Shown here piece by piece: positions 10,901-25,412 of a stretch of 64,000 nt of DNA (its first letter is position 1; every line of letters begins with the position of its first letter). The notes below the pieces were generated by a model, which saw only the letters and a program-made list of their open reading frames with translations, had not been told where the DNA came from and ran no database searches. The DNA is from Sphyrna mokarran (taxonomy: Eukaryota). The DNA lies in NCBI GenBank assembly GCA_024679065.1, contig JAGIQG010000018.1:12276001-12340000 (forward strand), read 5' to 3'. A program made the position numbers and the translations under genes.

Positions 10901-13900
10901 TAATAAATGGAAAAACTTTTTTAATGCGTTTACCAGTTTTGTATGAAATAAAGTATATTTTTGTCAAAAGAAAAGACAACTCCCATTTTAATCGTTGCAC
11001 TGTGATTGCAGCTGATTGGCAATCGTTGGGTGAGGGTAGAATCAGGCTCCCCTTCATAGCTTGCTGACACTTCATGAAGACTGGCCAATTGGGGAAACTG
11101 CACTCCTGTTGCTAGGTACTCATGGAACTTACTCACGCAGAGGAGTTAAGAGGAAGATGCAAAGGAAACAGTTCAAACAAACTGCAACATTGCAAACAAA
11201 GTATTGAGCAGAACACAAAAGGAAACTCATACTGAGAACTTCTGGTGCCGAGAACTCCAATCAAAACTTTGCACCCAATCTTCACTGACAGTCTAGGCAT
11301 TCATACATTCGTAGCAAGTACAATGGATGATTTTCCTTCATAGAGTGAAGCAACATTCCAACTGCTTTATACCTGAGATGGAATCCCGAGCAGCAGACAG
11401 TCACTGGAATATGCAACTTGGCACTGATAAATGAATGCACGCAGATGACACAGAGTTTCATCACTTTGTAAGTGAATCAAAAATCTGTGGTGGATTTCAC
11501 AACCTAATGTAACCTCTGGGTCACTGCAATGCTCAGCACAATCTGCACGAGAGTTAGATAGATAATGCTTTTATTTGCCACAGACAATTCTATTTTGGTT
11601 GCGACACACCAGTCAGGGCGGCATTCAAGCTTCTAAACCCCTCAAGGATCGACAGACCTGTCAACACAATATCTAGCTGTTTCTTAAAACTAGTCCACGA
11701 GAGGTGACCCTGGCAACAATTTATCAATGGGAAGTGAACTACAATCATTACCAGCTGATCACCCGTAAAAGGCATACAATTTGGGAATTCAATCATCTCC
11801 AATGTCCCCCTTACCAGCTGTTCTGAAATAACTCTCCATTATCTAGGGCTCAGTCAGAAAACTACAATGTTCTCATCCACATCCTGACTACCATACGTAC
11901 AGACCTACATCACCATTACCCAAATCTTTGTGGAGCAACTCTGCTTTTCCTGCCATCTCCTAGCAGAATGACTTCAAGATTCCCATCCTCAACTTCAAAT
12001 CTGTGTGCCACATTGCCTGCCATCTCCCCACCATCATGCTGCCCCTGCTGCCTACAATTCCATGCGTGTCTGCTGGTGCAACCATTGCTCCTTCTGCTCC
12101 AGCCAATATCTCATTGCTTGCTCCCTCCAGTACATGAGAATCTGCCCTTCGTCCCTCATTCTCTGGTCTCAGTATCACTGCCTTAGCGTATTCCTCCCTC
12201 TCAAAGCTTTATGGCACTTTCTTCCTGACTGCTTATGCCACTTCATTCTTCCCATTTTTGCTTTCACGTCCACTGACTAATCACCCATGTCCTGTCCAGT
12301 TTCCTTTGATGCAATCAGTTCTACAGAAATCTAAGTATGGAGCTGCTATTTCCTAACGCATGCAGCTTGTTAGACCTCCCTTCACTTACAATTTGCTCAA
12401 AACTGCAACTACTTGTTTTGTCACATGCTTTGATATTTTATTTACTTAATGATACTGGAAAACACAAACTGCTATGCTAACACTTGTGCGTAAGCCATTT
12501 TTCAATTTATAAATTGTGCTTTAAGAACTAGCTTTCTAGAGGGAGGACAAATAGAGTTGGAATTCATATACCAGATCAGAAAAAAGTTTGTTGCAAGGTG
12601 CTGCAATGTGAAATCCTCCTCAGCACATGAAAATCAACTTCAGTAAAAACACAAGTGCATAATTTAAGAGAATTTTATTTAAACTGACATATACAAGATG
12701 CTATTTAGGATACTATGGGGGCTATATTTTCATTATACTTGTGACAGGAAATAATATTTTAGAAGCCATAGTTTAGAAAATGCGTTTCATTCCTTAACCT
12801 CAGTACTTACTATTTAACCACGCATGCATTAAGAAATGCTGATAACATCTCTTGTCTTCCTGTGGTGGTGGTTCAAACTAATAATGTCCTTTTATGGTAG
12901 CTGTCTGAATTCAGCATCAAGGAAATAGTGAAGGTAGAATTTCTGAAGCAACAATTCAGTGTATTGTGACTCAAACTCCAGTATTCCTTTATTTGACAAA
13001 CTCAATGTTACAAACAAGTCTGATAACTATATGGTTGTGGGAGAGGCAGAGGCCATCACAGCCAACATCGACCTTGTCCTACAAGCATGAACACACACAA
13101 ACAAATCCAAATGCACATGCAGTCAATTATTATTATGTGGAATAGATCCATACTCCAGTAATTTCAGTTATTTCAAGTTGCTAATTCTAACACATTTTGG
13201 AGTTCTGATTCAGGATTTAGGAGACCGCCACAAAGAATATGTCGAAACCATTAAACCAAGAAAACAAGCCAAGAAAAAAGTACATTGCAACAACTTCCAT
13301 TTATGTAGCAATTCTGATGCAGTAAAACATGCAAAGATGCTTCACAGTTACACTATCAAAGAATTTGAGACGGCACCAAACAAAGTTGGGGCAGTTGCCA
13401 AATGGCTGGTCAAAAAGGTGGGTTGTAAGAGGCAAGACAAAAGGCAGAGACGGAGAAGTAATTTCAGAGCTTTGGACTGAGACAGATAAAGACATGGCTG
13501 CCAATGGTGAAGCAAAAGAAACCAGGGATATGCAAGGCACCAAAAGTGAAGGAGTTCAGAAACGGAGGTTTTAGGGCTGGAGAAGGTAAAATATCCTGTA
13601 AATTTACCAAGTGGCCATTTATAATCTCAGGCTCTGATCCAAGCAAAATCTGAGTAACATTTGTTGGGAACAAACTACTGTTTATCTGGATTAATCTACA
13701 TATACTACATAGTAGAATATAAACATTTTCTTCAGTTGGCCCAAATACAAGTAAAGGGGTCACTATGTTATTCTTGACCAACAAAGCATCAATTACATGG
13801 CTTTGAATAACATAAGTCAGAAAATGGATCCCAAGTATCTTTGGACCTATCTCCTCAAATTGGAATAGAACTTTAAATGTGCCAGCAGCCCTGTGATATT

Positions 13901-16900
13901 TCAGAATGCTTCATGTTCAGATTGCAGCAGCAACTGCCAGCTGATTATTCAACAATACAGATCACAGGCAATTCCAATACTGTTGTTACCACCCCATAGT
14001 CTCATCTGAACAATTCACTGGATGGCTATTAGAAGCAACTGAGCATATTTGCCACCCTGTTATCTACCCAGCTGAAGTCAACAACCCTCATGCATCAGAA
14101 TTCAAATATGGAATCTCTTGCTTGTATGCATGCCAATGTCCGAGAGACCAAAGCATTTTCGTTTCAGTCATCCGTATTAGTTAAAATCCGAATCCTTAAC
14201 CATAGGTTTAGATAAGTTACCCATCAGTAACAGGGAAAAAATGCAAGTGAGTCAACCATCTCTATCTTTGGTGGGATATCTCCATCAGCCCTACAATCCT
14301 GAGATCCCTGTGCTCCTTTCACTCTGGCTCCTTCTTGTTTCCACCACAGTGGACCCCACTGCCCAAATCAGCGAAACTTACCTGTTTTAGTATTTGAACT
14401 TGGATTCATGGGCGTTAAGCCGTTAAGTATAATTTGACATTTTGCAATTGCTGTGACATACTAAAATATTATTTTTCAATTAAAATTTGCTTTCACCGAA
14501 GTTAAATGCTCTGGACAGAAGAATTGCTGAGTGCACACATGACCCGGATTGAACAATTTGTAGAATGCAACGTCTATGAAGAATATTTAGCCTATCCTCA
14601 AACCATCCTTCCAGTTTCATTTTGTGAAGCTAGTTTAAATGGCAGCTTAAAGGCTAATACCAGGCCAGAGAGGGTTAGAGATCAAGCTGCTGGCTCCCTG
14701 TCCAACTACGAGAACAACAGAGTCAAATTCTGCTGCGAGCGTCACACCTCAGAGCCAGCTTTATTTTCTTCAGCTGCAATCATCCGGATTCTGAGGAAAA
14801 TGCAAGCCATAAGGTGTCACTGATTGGCCCATTTAGAGGAATAGTGCAGCATCATTTATTTTTGAAACCATGGGCTGGCTTGTTGAACTGAAGTGCAATT
14901 TACTGCAAATATTACTTGGTAGATTCATTTAGCAACTGTGAAATTAACCAGCTTGTTGATTTGCATCTGGCTGCATTTCATTAAGTCACATTCATTTTAG
15001 ATACAGTCATGTGGAGAAACTTGGAGATTACAGTCTGCAATTCCTATAGCAGAGTTTTCACTGCTGTGATCTCAAAGGTCACCCAACCATCTGACTAGAT
15101 ATTGGGCAGTGAGATTAATTCCTGATCATGAGACAGTCACTATGGAACTGATTAATCTCGTTGAACCCAAGACACTGTCTGGAGCACACTGAGAAATGAA
15201 TGTTAATATGCTGACCTGAACAGTCAACTTGGAATCAAGAAACATGAACACTTATGGTATTGTTTCTGGAAATGGGGTTCTACTTGAAAGAGATTAATAA
15301 AACAAAACATGAGGAATTATTTCTCTAATTCAACAGAATCAGTAGCGATGCTACTGGAAGAACATAGAAGTATTAATACGAGCTTTAAAACCAACATTAA
15401 AAACACCCAAGAACATAATTACCAAAGTGAAACAATATACAAGCTAAACCAACTAATCCAAAAATGAACAGTTCCCTCCATTTTGTGACATTTATTGGCT
15501 AATCCTTGCTAAAATAAAAGATTGCAGTGTAACAATTTAAAGTATAAGTAAGCTCACATTTAAAAGTCACGCTGCAGAAGAAATACTTACCAACTATGCT
15601 AAGATTGTAAATTCTGTGGATCTGTGAGGTCAATGTCTACAGTCCTTGGTCTAGCAATTCTAGAACAAGGATGATTGTGAAGACAAGGCTGGGATATAAG
15701 TGAAGGGAGAGTTTTTTTTTCCCAAAATATATTCAAAATTATTTATTCTGCGTTGGCACTCATGTAAAGCAAACATAAAATTGATTCTGTACAGCTTACT
15801 ACATATGTAATTGGTTAATGTCCTGGCTACACAATATGCTATGAGGAAGTGAAAACGATGAGAGACTGAAAAGGACTACTTGCAACTTTATTGCTTCCTA
15901 ATATGGAAATAATGGAGATTGGAGCTGCAGCGTGCTAAAGAAACATAGTACACTTTTAAGGAAACATCCACAGGGATGAGAATTAAAACGTGCAAAGACT
16001 GGGCTTCTTGCAGCATTGGGCAGCTCATTAGAAGAAGCGTTAGCATTACTTGACAGAATTTTATTTTATCATTTGTACATTACGTTTTATAAAATAGCAA
16101 ACATGCACCACAAGAACATTTCTTTTTACACTGCATATCTGGAAATGAGATTTGACAGGATCTCAGTGGGCATGACATTTAACGAGCAGGTTCACAGCAG
16201 GCAGCTTGCTCGAATTCAACTAATGGAGCGTACAAAACTGCACAGTGTTTTTTAAAAAAAGTAATAAGGTCTTGCAGAGCATGTAAAAACACTGCACTGC
16301 CAGCACTCATCTTCTCATCAGGCAGTGCAGGCATGCAATAGTCACAACCTGGTGAGTCATTCCACAGGACCTAATTTGATCCTTTTCTGGTTCAGTCTTC
16401 TCATTTTCCCCTATTCTGGGTTGCCACACTCAAAAATCCCCTCACCAACCATCGTGCATGAATGTGACAATCGTACCAAAAGGAAACGAGGTGTCAAGAA
16501 AGACAGGGCATACACACAGACAGAAGTATAAATGTCACTGTTAATAATGGAGCCCTTCTCAGCAACATCACATTCTTGTAGCACTAGTGTGGCTTTGCCC
16601 TTTCACAGTGCCTACACCCATTTTCACATGTACATCTTGCAACGGAAGTCTTGGTTTTTTACATAGGGACCTAGCACAAATACAAAGTTTCAACCATGCC
16701 AATTTTCTGCCACTATCTCCAATTTTCTGCATGTTCAACAAGAAAGTTATGCAGACATTTGGTTCAATATTTTCCAGGTTAAAGGGAAGTGTTTGCAAGT
16801 GGAGATGATCAGTTGAAAACACTTCCAACTGCCTGACACTACAAAAACATTTCTATCACTTCTTTCCCCTGTGTTAATGTTCTGTTTCTCCTCCACATGA

Positions 16901-17692
16901 AGCCATGGATTCTTTGCTGCATTATGAGACTGAAGATGTTCAAAGACTTCTCGTACCTTGTTAGGATGTCATTACTTGCAACTGCAACACAAAAGCGATT
17001 GCCAACAGGATATTCGTCTGCAGAAGGCAAGTCACAACCATCTTAATCCTGTCTTCAATCAGTACTCACACATGCAATAAGGTTCAGTGTGGTTTGTAGA
17101 TCATTTCAAGTGGGCAGTCTGGCGAATTTCCCCCTGCCTAATTCAGGAGCACGAAGGCCAATGGAAGCAGTTTTCACTATTCACAGTGATCAACCAACAC
17201 AGCTTAGTGCAGGGTCGCATCAATGACCTTTTGCTCAATATGACTCAGTTATTCAACTCTTTTTAATGAGTTCAATCAATTAAAGAGGCCAACTGAGCAC
17301 TTGAATTGGTGTTTCCTTTCAATAATGCAAAAGAGTTCCCAAGCCTCTTAGCTGTGCAAATAGAACAGAAGAGTGAATCGCATCAGTGCACTGCAGCGAA
17401 ACATCAAGTGTCCACCTGTGGCAAAACTGGAAACTTTGGCTAGATATGAAAATATCAATTGTTACAGATGGTTCAAAACAAAAATCATTGGACACAGCTT
17501 CAATTGACATAGCTTCCAAGTTCCCTTAAATGTTTCATCTCTTTCCGCCTTCCTTTCTGTTGTGCTGTGTATGAAAATTCAAATAAAAAAAGCAAGTCCA
17601 ATTTAATTATGCATTTTGGCCTTGTTGTCTAGACGGTACAAAGACAGATTCATCTTTACGAAAGAGCAGTTATCAGAAATTAGCAGCTGCCC

Positions 17693-17728
17693 CACACACA
17701 TGCGCACACACACACACACACACACACA
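17693..17728. repeat. (CA)n microsatellite, interrupted
   Basis: A (CA)4 run, tgcg, then a longer CA run, read directly. Confidence 0.95.
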
Positions 17729-18574
17729 TATCCCAACAGATACAGGAGTCAGAGGAGAGCAACGAGGGTGACAAATATAAATGGGTTTCCTGTCTCCCCA
17801 TTCTAGTCACTCCTGTACCTATACAGGTACCAACGCAGAGATTAACTTCAGAGAAGCCAAAATTTAAACCAAGTACACTCAGCACAAGTCAAAACAAATT
17901 ACTAACATACAAGTGGAGCCTTCAACAACTGAAAATTAACTAGTTGCCTGATTTTCTACCAATTTTTTCCATCAATATTACGAGAATTAGTATTTGAACT
18001 TGTTTGGAACAAATCTCTGAAATGAAATAATGAGTATAAGCAAAATTGCACAGTCAACAATTTGAGTTCCTGTAACTAGAGAATAGGGAAATGTGCACCT
18101 CTATAAAAAGTCCTTTTGGAATTAATTCATTTAGCAAATCTTCATGTGCCCTCAGGCCAACCATCTTCAGCTGCTTCATCAACAACCTTCCTACCAGAAG
18201 ATCCGATGACAGCATATTATTTACCACCATTCACGATTCATACAGTGAGACAGTCTTTGTTTGCAGGTAGCAAAACCTGGACAATATCCAAGTTTGCATT
18301 AACAAGTGGCAAGTAACACAGGCTTCAATGACTGAGAATTTAACCATCACCCCATGTCATTCAATGATGCTACCATCACTGAATCACCCACGATAACCAT
18401 CGTGTGAGGTCACCAGAAACTGAACATATAAATACTGTGGCCACAAGCGCAGATCAGAGGCGAGGAATCCTGCCGTCAGTAACTCCCCAAAGCCTGTCCA
18501 CATCTACAAGGCATATGATGGAATACTCTCCACTTATCTGGATGAATGTAACTCTAACGACACAAGTTCAAAAG

Positions 18575-18888
18575 CGGGTGGCAAGGTGGCACAGTCATTG
18601 AGACTACTGCCTCACTGTGCCAGGTCCCAGATTTGATTCCCAGCTCGGGTCACTGTCTGTGCAGACTCTGCGCACTCTCCTTGTGTCTGCATGGGTTTCC
18701 ACTGGGTGCTCCTGTTTCCTCCCTCAGTCCAAAAGATGTGCTGGTTATGTGCACTGACCATGCTAAATTCACTCTAAGTATACTCAAACAGGCACCACAG
18801 TGTAGTGACTGGGGGATTTTCATTGTAACTTCACTGCAGTGTTCATGTAAGCCTACCGGTGACAGTGATAAATCAACTTTAAACTTTA
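18575..18888 (+). mobile_element. V-SINE, tail type 2, inserted in an older LINE
   Basis: Same head, core and tail as the 7172 copy. Confidence 0.85.
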
Positions 18889-20539
18889 ATCCGGTTAAAG
18901 CAGCCCATTTGATTGGCACCCCATCCACCAGCATTGCAAAACGGCAGCAGTGCAGGAAGACAAAAATTCCCTTCTGAACCCACAACCTTGAGCATCTGGA
19001 AGGACAAGTTCAGCACATGAACACCATCACCTGGAAGTTCCCCTCCAAGCCCAAACATGATCCTGACTTTAAAATGTACCTCTGTTCCTTCACTGTCGCT
19101 GGATCAAAATCTTGAAACTCTTTCCCTAACAGCACAATGGGTGTACCTACACCAGATGGATTGCTGTGGTTCAAGGAGGTAGTTCACTACCACCTTTTCA
19201 AAAAGCAGGTAGAATGGGCAATGTATGCCGACCGAGCCAGTGATAGCCACATCCCATCAATTAATTTTTAAAGATCAGTTTATTAACCCAAATATAAAAA
19301 GCATTACAACAAAGGAACAATCTCAAATTACACAAGATTTACACAAGCATTTCTGCTCACCAGTCTCTTATGGGGTAGTGGAGCAAAGGAACCTAGGAAT
19401 ACAAACAAATTACTAAAAGCAGCAGCACATTGACGATATATAAAAAAATCAAATACAGATTTATTTCCAGAGGGATAAAGCTGAAAAGTGCAGAACTTAG
19501 CTAAGTTTGATGGAAATCTTAGTAAGAATACATCTGGAGCAGCATGCTCCATGCTGCTGGCCAGATTATAACAAAAGCTACAGAGGAAATAGAGCTCAAA
19601 AACACTTACCAAGATCGCAGAAGTAAAAGATTTTTTTATATTTATAAAGGCTGATGCTCATTTCTGGTCCTTCGTTCTGCATTTTAGCACAAGAAAATTC
19701 CCACTCTGACTAACAATTCATTTTGCCAATCTGCTGTTATGCAACTTTCAATGTAGATGGGATGAAGGGCACCTTGCAAATCATTTGTGCCCTTGCCATG
19801 GCAGTAACAGCAGCTCTAATCAAAGTCACAATGTCTCTGTGGCTGTGACCATGACCTGACCCACCTTGCTCCTTCTGCAGCCTTTGAACAAGTCAACCAT
19901 ACCATCTGCCTTGACCCCAGCACTGTCACTGCCTTGGCAGCTGGTTTGTCCAGCCTTAGCTGTGCTGTGATTTACTGTGGTTAAACATTGCAAAAACCAA
20001 AACAATCGTATCTAGTCCCTTCCAAGGATTTGTCCCTGTGCTATTGTTTCTATCGTCTTGGGCACATTGACACCATATTTGATCTAGATTGCTTGTATAC
20101 CTTGGCATCCTGGTCCATTAAAAACAGGATTTCTAATGCAGAATCCTCATCACCGATGCCATCCATTTCATACTGTCTTGCCTGGGCCAATCTGACGCTG
20201 AAGCCTTCATCCATGCATCTTCCCTCAATATTCAACTGTTTCAGTGGTGTTCTGTCCAGTCTCCCATCGTTAATCTCCGTAATCAATTTCAGCCCATCCA
20301 AACCTCTGCTACCTGAATAACATGACCCATCAAAATTGGCTTTCCCATCACCTAGACCTTACTGACTTCCATTGTTCCCGAGTATCTTTATGCTTTAAAG
20401 TGAAGATTCCCATCATGTTTTACATTCCTATATGACCACATCTTTGCGATATCCAACCACAATCTTAAACTCTCCTCCAGTGAACACTCCATTTCTCTGA
20501 CACTGACCTCTTGTACAAGTTGTCAATCCACCTATCCCA

Positions 20540-20787
20540 GCATAGTGCAGCGTTCCCGTCATAATACCAGGAACCCGGGTTCAATTCCGGCCTTGCGCAA
20601 TTGTCTGTGTGGGGCGTGCACACCATCCAAGCATACTCGGATTTCCTCCAAGCTTCGTGGGGTGGGGGTGGGGGGGGGTGGGGGATTTAAAGGCATGGGG
20701 GAAGGGCATGTGTGGAATGCTCTTTCAGAGATCTGGTGCAGATTCTATGGGCAAGAGGGCCTACTTTGGCTCTGCAAAGATTCTATG
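20540..20787 (+). mobile_element. V-SINE, HE1-like, internally deleted
   Basis: ggaacccgggttcaattcc B box, G-rich linker, tail tctgcaaagattctatg. Confidence 0.7.
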
Positions 20788-21604
20788 GTAATATGCTTTC
20801 ATCTACATCAGCCTGCGCATGCTTTTCCATTATCCACTTCCCTTTAAACGTTATCTCTTTCACCTAGCTCTTAGTTATTGCTCCCAAAATCACCTTCATT
20901 GGCTCAATTTCCCCACGCACAGTTTAGTGCACAAGAAGCAACACTTTTTACTGTATCCAAATATGTGGCAATAGTAAAGCAAATCCCATTCATTTTCACC
21001 TTGTATGTCTTCCATATTTTGTGATTCTCTTTTTCCCCACATCGAATGCCAAAAAAGATGCACAATATCGAGTGCCATCAATGATAAAGAGGAAAACTGC
21101 ATTTCAGCAAAGACCTACTTTTTTTTAAATCATGCAAGCTGGTTTGGATCAGCTCCTTGTCATGACATCACGTTAGACTTCTGAAGTTGGTGCTGAATTT
21201 GCATGCTTGCCTGGTGTTATTTGTGTCACAATCAATTCCACTTCAATTCCTAGATCTGTATTTATTTTGTCTCGCTCCTAAACTCATCTGCATCAGGAGA
21301 ATCTTTTTTAAAAAATGCAATCTAGTAGAGAGCATGTTTCTAAATATAATCTAACACCTGTCTACAATTATGCAAGGTGGTTTCACACTTAAAGTTAACA
21401 GATGCTATTTTATGTGTACAATTAAACAAGCATTATATACAAGACCCACCCTCCTTTCTTTCTCTGTCACCATTCATAATTTATCACCACCCCAAGGAAC
21501 TTCATTTGGAATTGGAATGGAAATGAAGAACATGCCAGGAAGGAAGAAATTAGGAGATGTTCAGAAATATGGAAGGTTTCAAAAATGGCTTTGAAGTTCC
21601 AAGA

Positions 21605-21975
21605 AAAAGAATGAGGGGTGACCTCACTGAGGTTTATTGAGGGGCATAGGTAAGGTGAATAGCTAAGGTCTTTTCTCTAAGGTGGGGAGTCTGAAGCGAG
21701 AGGGCAGGTGTTTAAGGTGAAAGGGCAAAGATTTAAAAGGAACCTGAGGGGGCAATTCTTCACGCAGAGAGTGGTGCATATAGGAGATGAGTTACCAGAG
21801 AAAGGCTGAGGCAAGTACAACAGCAACATTTAGAAAGCATTTGGTTAAGTACATGGATGGAAAAGGATTAGACGGATATGGGCCAAATGCAGGCAATTGA
21901 GACTAGCTGGGAGGGCACAACGAACCAGTTGGACTGAAGGGCCTGTTTCCGTGCTGTTTTGCTCTGTGACTCTAA
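21605..21975 (+). mobile_element. CR1 (HER1-like) 3' end
   Basis: gaggggtgacctcactgaggtttat...ttcacgcagagagtggtg...gaagggcctgtttccgtgctgt. Confidence 0.8.
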
Positions 21976-22079
21976 AAGCAAGAGATTGCAAATCAAAAAC
22001 TGCTGGGCTCATTGAAATGCCATTCTATCAAGCTCAAACAATGAGCTAACAATTTTAGAAGACAAGAACCTGATTTTCC

Positions 22080-22712
22080 AGGTGTACTACACCAAAGAGA
22101 TAGAAATTTGCTTGATATAAAAAGAGGCTTAAATTAAAAAAAACAAAAATTATGCTAAATCTGCACAACCTCGATTTGACCTCACCAAGAGTACCCCATG
22201 TAGTTCTAGTTGCTTCTTTATACTATAAAAAAAATACGAGTCACTGGACAAAAGTGTAGGGAATATTTATAAGGATGATACCAGAAATGCTTGGGTACAC
22301 ATTTCAGGAAACTTCAACAAGGGGGTCTTCCCTCTCAAAAACAACTGAGCATTGACCTAATGGAAGTCTTTAAAAATAATAAAATCCATGATAGCTTGGG
22401 TACAGAGAAAATATTTCCTCTTGTAGACAAGAGCAAAGCTAGAGGTCATCAATATAAGATAGTCATCAAGGAATCCAATAAGGAATTCACAAGAAACTTG
22501 TTCATCGAGTGCTGAGATGTGGAATGTGCTATCACCTGCAGTGGTTCAAGATAACAGTGGTTGCATCTAAGGAAAAGCAAGTCAAGCATGAGGGAGATGG
22601 GGACAGTTGCAATGGTAGAATTATACAAAATGGGAAGAGGCTTGAGTGGAGTATAAACAGTGGCATGAACAGTGGCCCACTTCTGCACAGTACATCCAAC
22701 ATAATCCTGTGA
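22080..22712 (+). mobile_element. Decayed CR1 3' fragment
   Basis: IDLMEVFK..KIFPLVDKSKARGHQYKI motif in the ORF track. Confidence 0.7.
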
Positions 22713-22942
22713 AATTCTGCAGAAATTCTGATTGGGGGCAGGGAGGGAATGCTCCAAAGCCATAATGGAAAATTTAGTGACCAGCATTTAGACTGATGTG
22801 GGCTTCTATTTGGAACAACAAGGCAATATATTTTGTTTTATTAAACAGGAATGACTTTTGTTAACTCCATTTAAGATTAATTATGACACCATATTTGGAA
22901 CAGCTAGCAACAAAGTGAAAGAAAAATAGCTGACTCCAATAG

Positions 22943-23368
22943 GAAATGCATTTACTCGCAACTTTGATGATCTCAGGGGTCCCAAAATGCCACAAACAAA
23001 ATTAATTACTTCTAAAATTTAGCCACTCCTGTGACATATGGAAATGCAGCAAACATTGAGTGTAGCAATGTCCCAGAAACATCCAGGAGACAAATAACAA
23101 AGTTAAATTTGTTTTGATGATGTGGCTGAAGGAATAAACATTAGTCAGGCCATATTGAGAGTTATCATTCCTCTTTGAGATCCGCCTGAAAAAAGACCAG
23201 TGGAGCTTCAGTTTGAATGATTTGAACTTTGGTCTGACTTGATTGACAGAATCTGGGATTTCAGCGCAGTGCCGAGACAATGGTGCAGTGTCAGCCTAGA
23301 TTATGTGACATTGCTAAAGTAGCACGTGAATTCACAACTTGTAACTCAGAATCAGGAGTGCTACCACA
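22943..23368 (-). mobile_element. Deu-domain SINE, decayed near-full copy
   Basis: gtgtcagcctagattatgtg block and head aactcagaatcaggagtgctacca. Confidence 0.6.
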
Positions 23369-24389
23369 GGGAGGCCAGCAGAGAGTTAGGCTAATGATCT
23401 GAAGAAATGGGTTCAAATCCCACCACCGTCAGTTCCACATTAGTCAAAATGCTAGTCACTAATATTTTCCATTATGCCAGCCGATGGAATTTAAATGCTA
23501 CCAAATAATAAATCCGGAATTGAAAGCTAGTCTCAGTAATGATGAATATGAAGCTATCGATTGTCTGACTCACTGACATCCTTTATTGAGGATTATTCGG
23601 CTACCCTTATCCAATCTGACCTACATGTGCCTTAGACCTCCAGTAATTTGGTGGCTCTTAACCACCCACTGAACTGGTCCAGCAAGCTTCTTAGTTGTGG
23701 CAATTAAGGATAGGCAACACATGCTGGCCTTGCCAGTGATGCCCATTTCTCGTTAAAGAATAAAAACAATTGAAAAAATAGAAGTCAAAAATGGCAGCTT
23801 AGTTGATTATGGATTCTACCCAATTTATTTGTATAATCTCTTGAGGGATTTCCTAACCAGAGGTAGAATCAGTCAGTTAAACTGTTTAACATTTTCTCTG
23901 ATCTGAAAGAGTGTGAACCATATTCCCTAATGTGCAAAAGCATCAAACTGCTTCCAGCTACATTTAACCTCGTCATTTCCAGTGCTTTGGCCAGTACCTA
24001 CCCAGTTTATTTTCAAGCAGTTAATTTAAAACAGCATTTATTACTTTTGATGGTGTTCTTTTCCAGAGTTTTTGAGCTGGCATCCTTAAGGTCAATGGAT
24101 TTTGGATCTGTAATTGGATATCCCACATTTGATACATCAGCAGCACACTATTCCCACTGCACATTAATAAGCAACATTTCCTGCAGTGATGACACTACTT
24201 TTGCATAGCTGGCATGGTATTTTACCATTATCCCAGGAATGTGCTACTGGGGTCCCCAGGAGTGGAACAATATTTTCTGGATCTCTCTAAATACAGTTTG
24301 AAAATCACATCTTTCCAGTTCATAGGCAGTTTAAGTCAGGAGAAAAACATACTGGAATATTAATACCTATGATTTAATAGGGTGATTGA

Positions 24390-24735
24390 TGACGCAATAG
24401 AAGTATTCAAAAACATCAAGGATTTTGATAGAGGAAATAAAAAGCAAGTGTTTCCGCTGGCAGAGGATCTGCAATCAGCAGACAGGTTTAAAGTAATTGG
24501 TGACAGGCTCAGAAGCGAGATGAAGGAAAATTATTTTCCGAAGAAGTTAATTATGGTTTAAAAGCACAAACTGAATGAGTGACGAGACAACTTCAAAAGT
24601 AACTTTCAAAAGGGAATTGGATATCTACTTCAAATTGAAAAAATTGCAGGGGAATGGAATTAATTGGACAGCTCTTTGAAAGAGCTGCTTACAAGCACAT
24701 TGGGCCAAATGACCTCTTGACACAGAAGATTCCAT
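24390..24735 (+). mobile_element. Decayed CR1 3' fragment
   Basis: aactttcaaaagggaattggatat...tgggccaaatgacctc tail. Confidence 0.6.
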
Positions 24736-25129
24736 AATTTTGAACTCAGCAGGAAGAACAGAAGGTCCCAGCTGTTAATTTCTCCACATCTCTCAATGTT
24801 GCTCTGTAATTGCCCAATCACAAGAAGCTGGGCTGAAACTTGCACAAAATGTTTCACCTCATGGAGTTTGCCATTCAGAAGAACAGCTGAAAACCACCAA
24901 ACTTTAACACCCTAAACTTTTCAATTTAGTTAGCTGGATAGCAATGTTACCAAAACATTCAGAAGCGAATGTTGGTACCAATATTTTTCCAGCCCTGGCT
25001 GAGATTTTTTTTGCCTATCACTCTTCAATTGTTACAAAATGCTCCATCTGCTGGCCAAGTTCAGAACAGAAAAACACCAAACTAACACTGACTCATTCAA
25101 GTAACCTCGGAAACACAAGCCCACACTTC

Positions 25130-25412
25130 AGAGAATCCCTGGAATGCAGGAGGTCATTTGGTCCATTCAGTCTGCATCACCCATAATACCACTGAGAGCA
25201 TATCCCCATAACCCAATATCTACCTTGCCAGTCCCCCAACACTAAGGGTCAATTTTTCATGGCCAATCGACCTAACCCGCACATCTTTGGACTGTGGGAG
25301 GAAACCAGAGCATCTGGAGGAAACCCACACAGAATGGAGAATGTGCAAACTCCACACAGTCACCAGAGACTGGAATCAAATCCTGTTCCCTGCTGTGAGG
25401 CAGCAGTGCCAC
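25130..25412 (-). mobile_element. V-SINE, HE1-like
   Basis: tttggactgtgggaggaaaccagagca core; CR1-type tail. Confidence 0.85.

Noticed and set aside
10893-11075. ORF starting MKCQQAMK as the missing ETCRKCQGLWKEH exon
   Set aside because: Only KCQ matches; no WKEH or TCEE and no suitable splice sites
13178-13784. Overlapping 80-106 aa ORFs suggesting a nested gene
   Set aside because: Overlap an antisense L2-type 3' end (aacaacttccatttatgtagc...aagatgcttcacag); no homology or exon structure
20658-20684. G-quadruplex-capable G run
   Set aside because: Expanded G-rich linker normal for HE1-like SINEs
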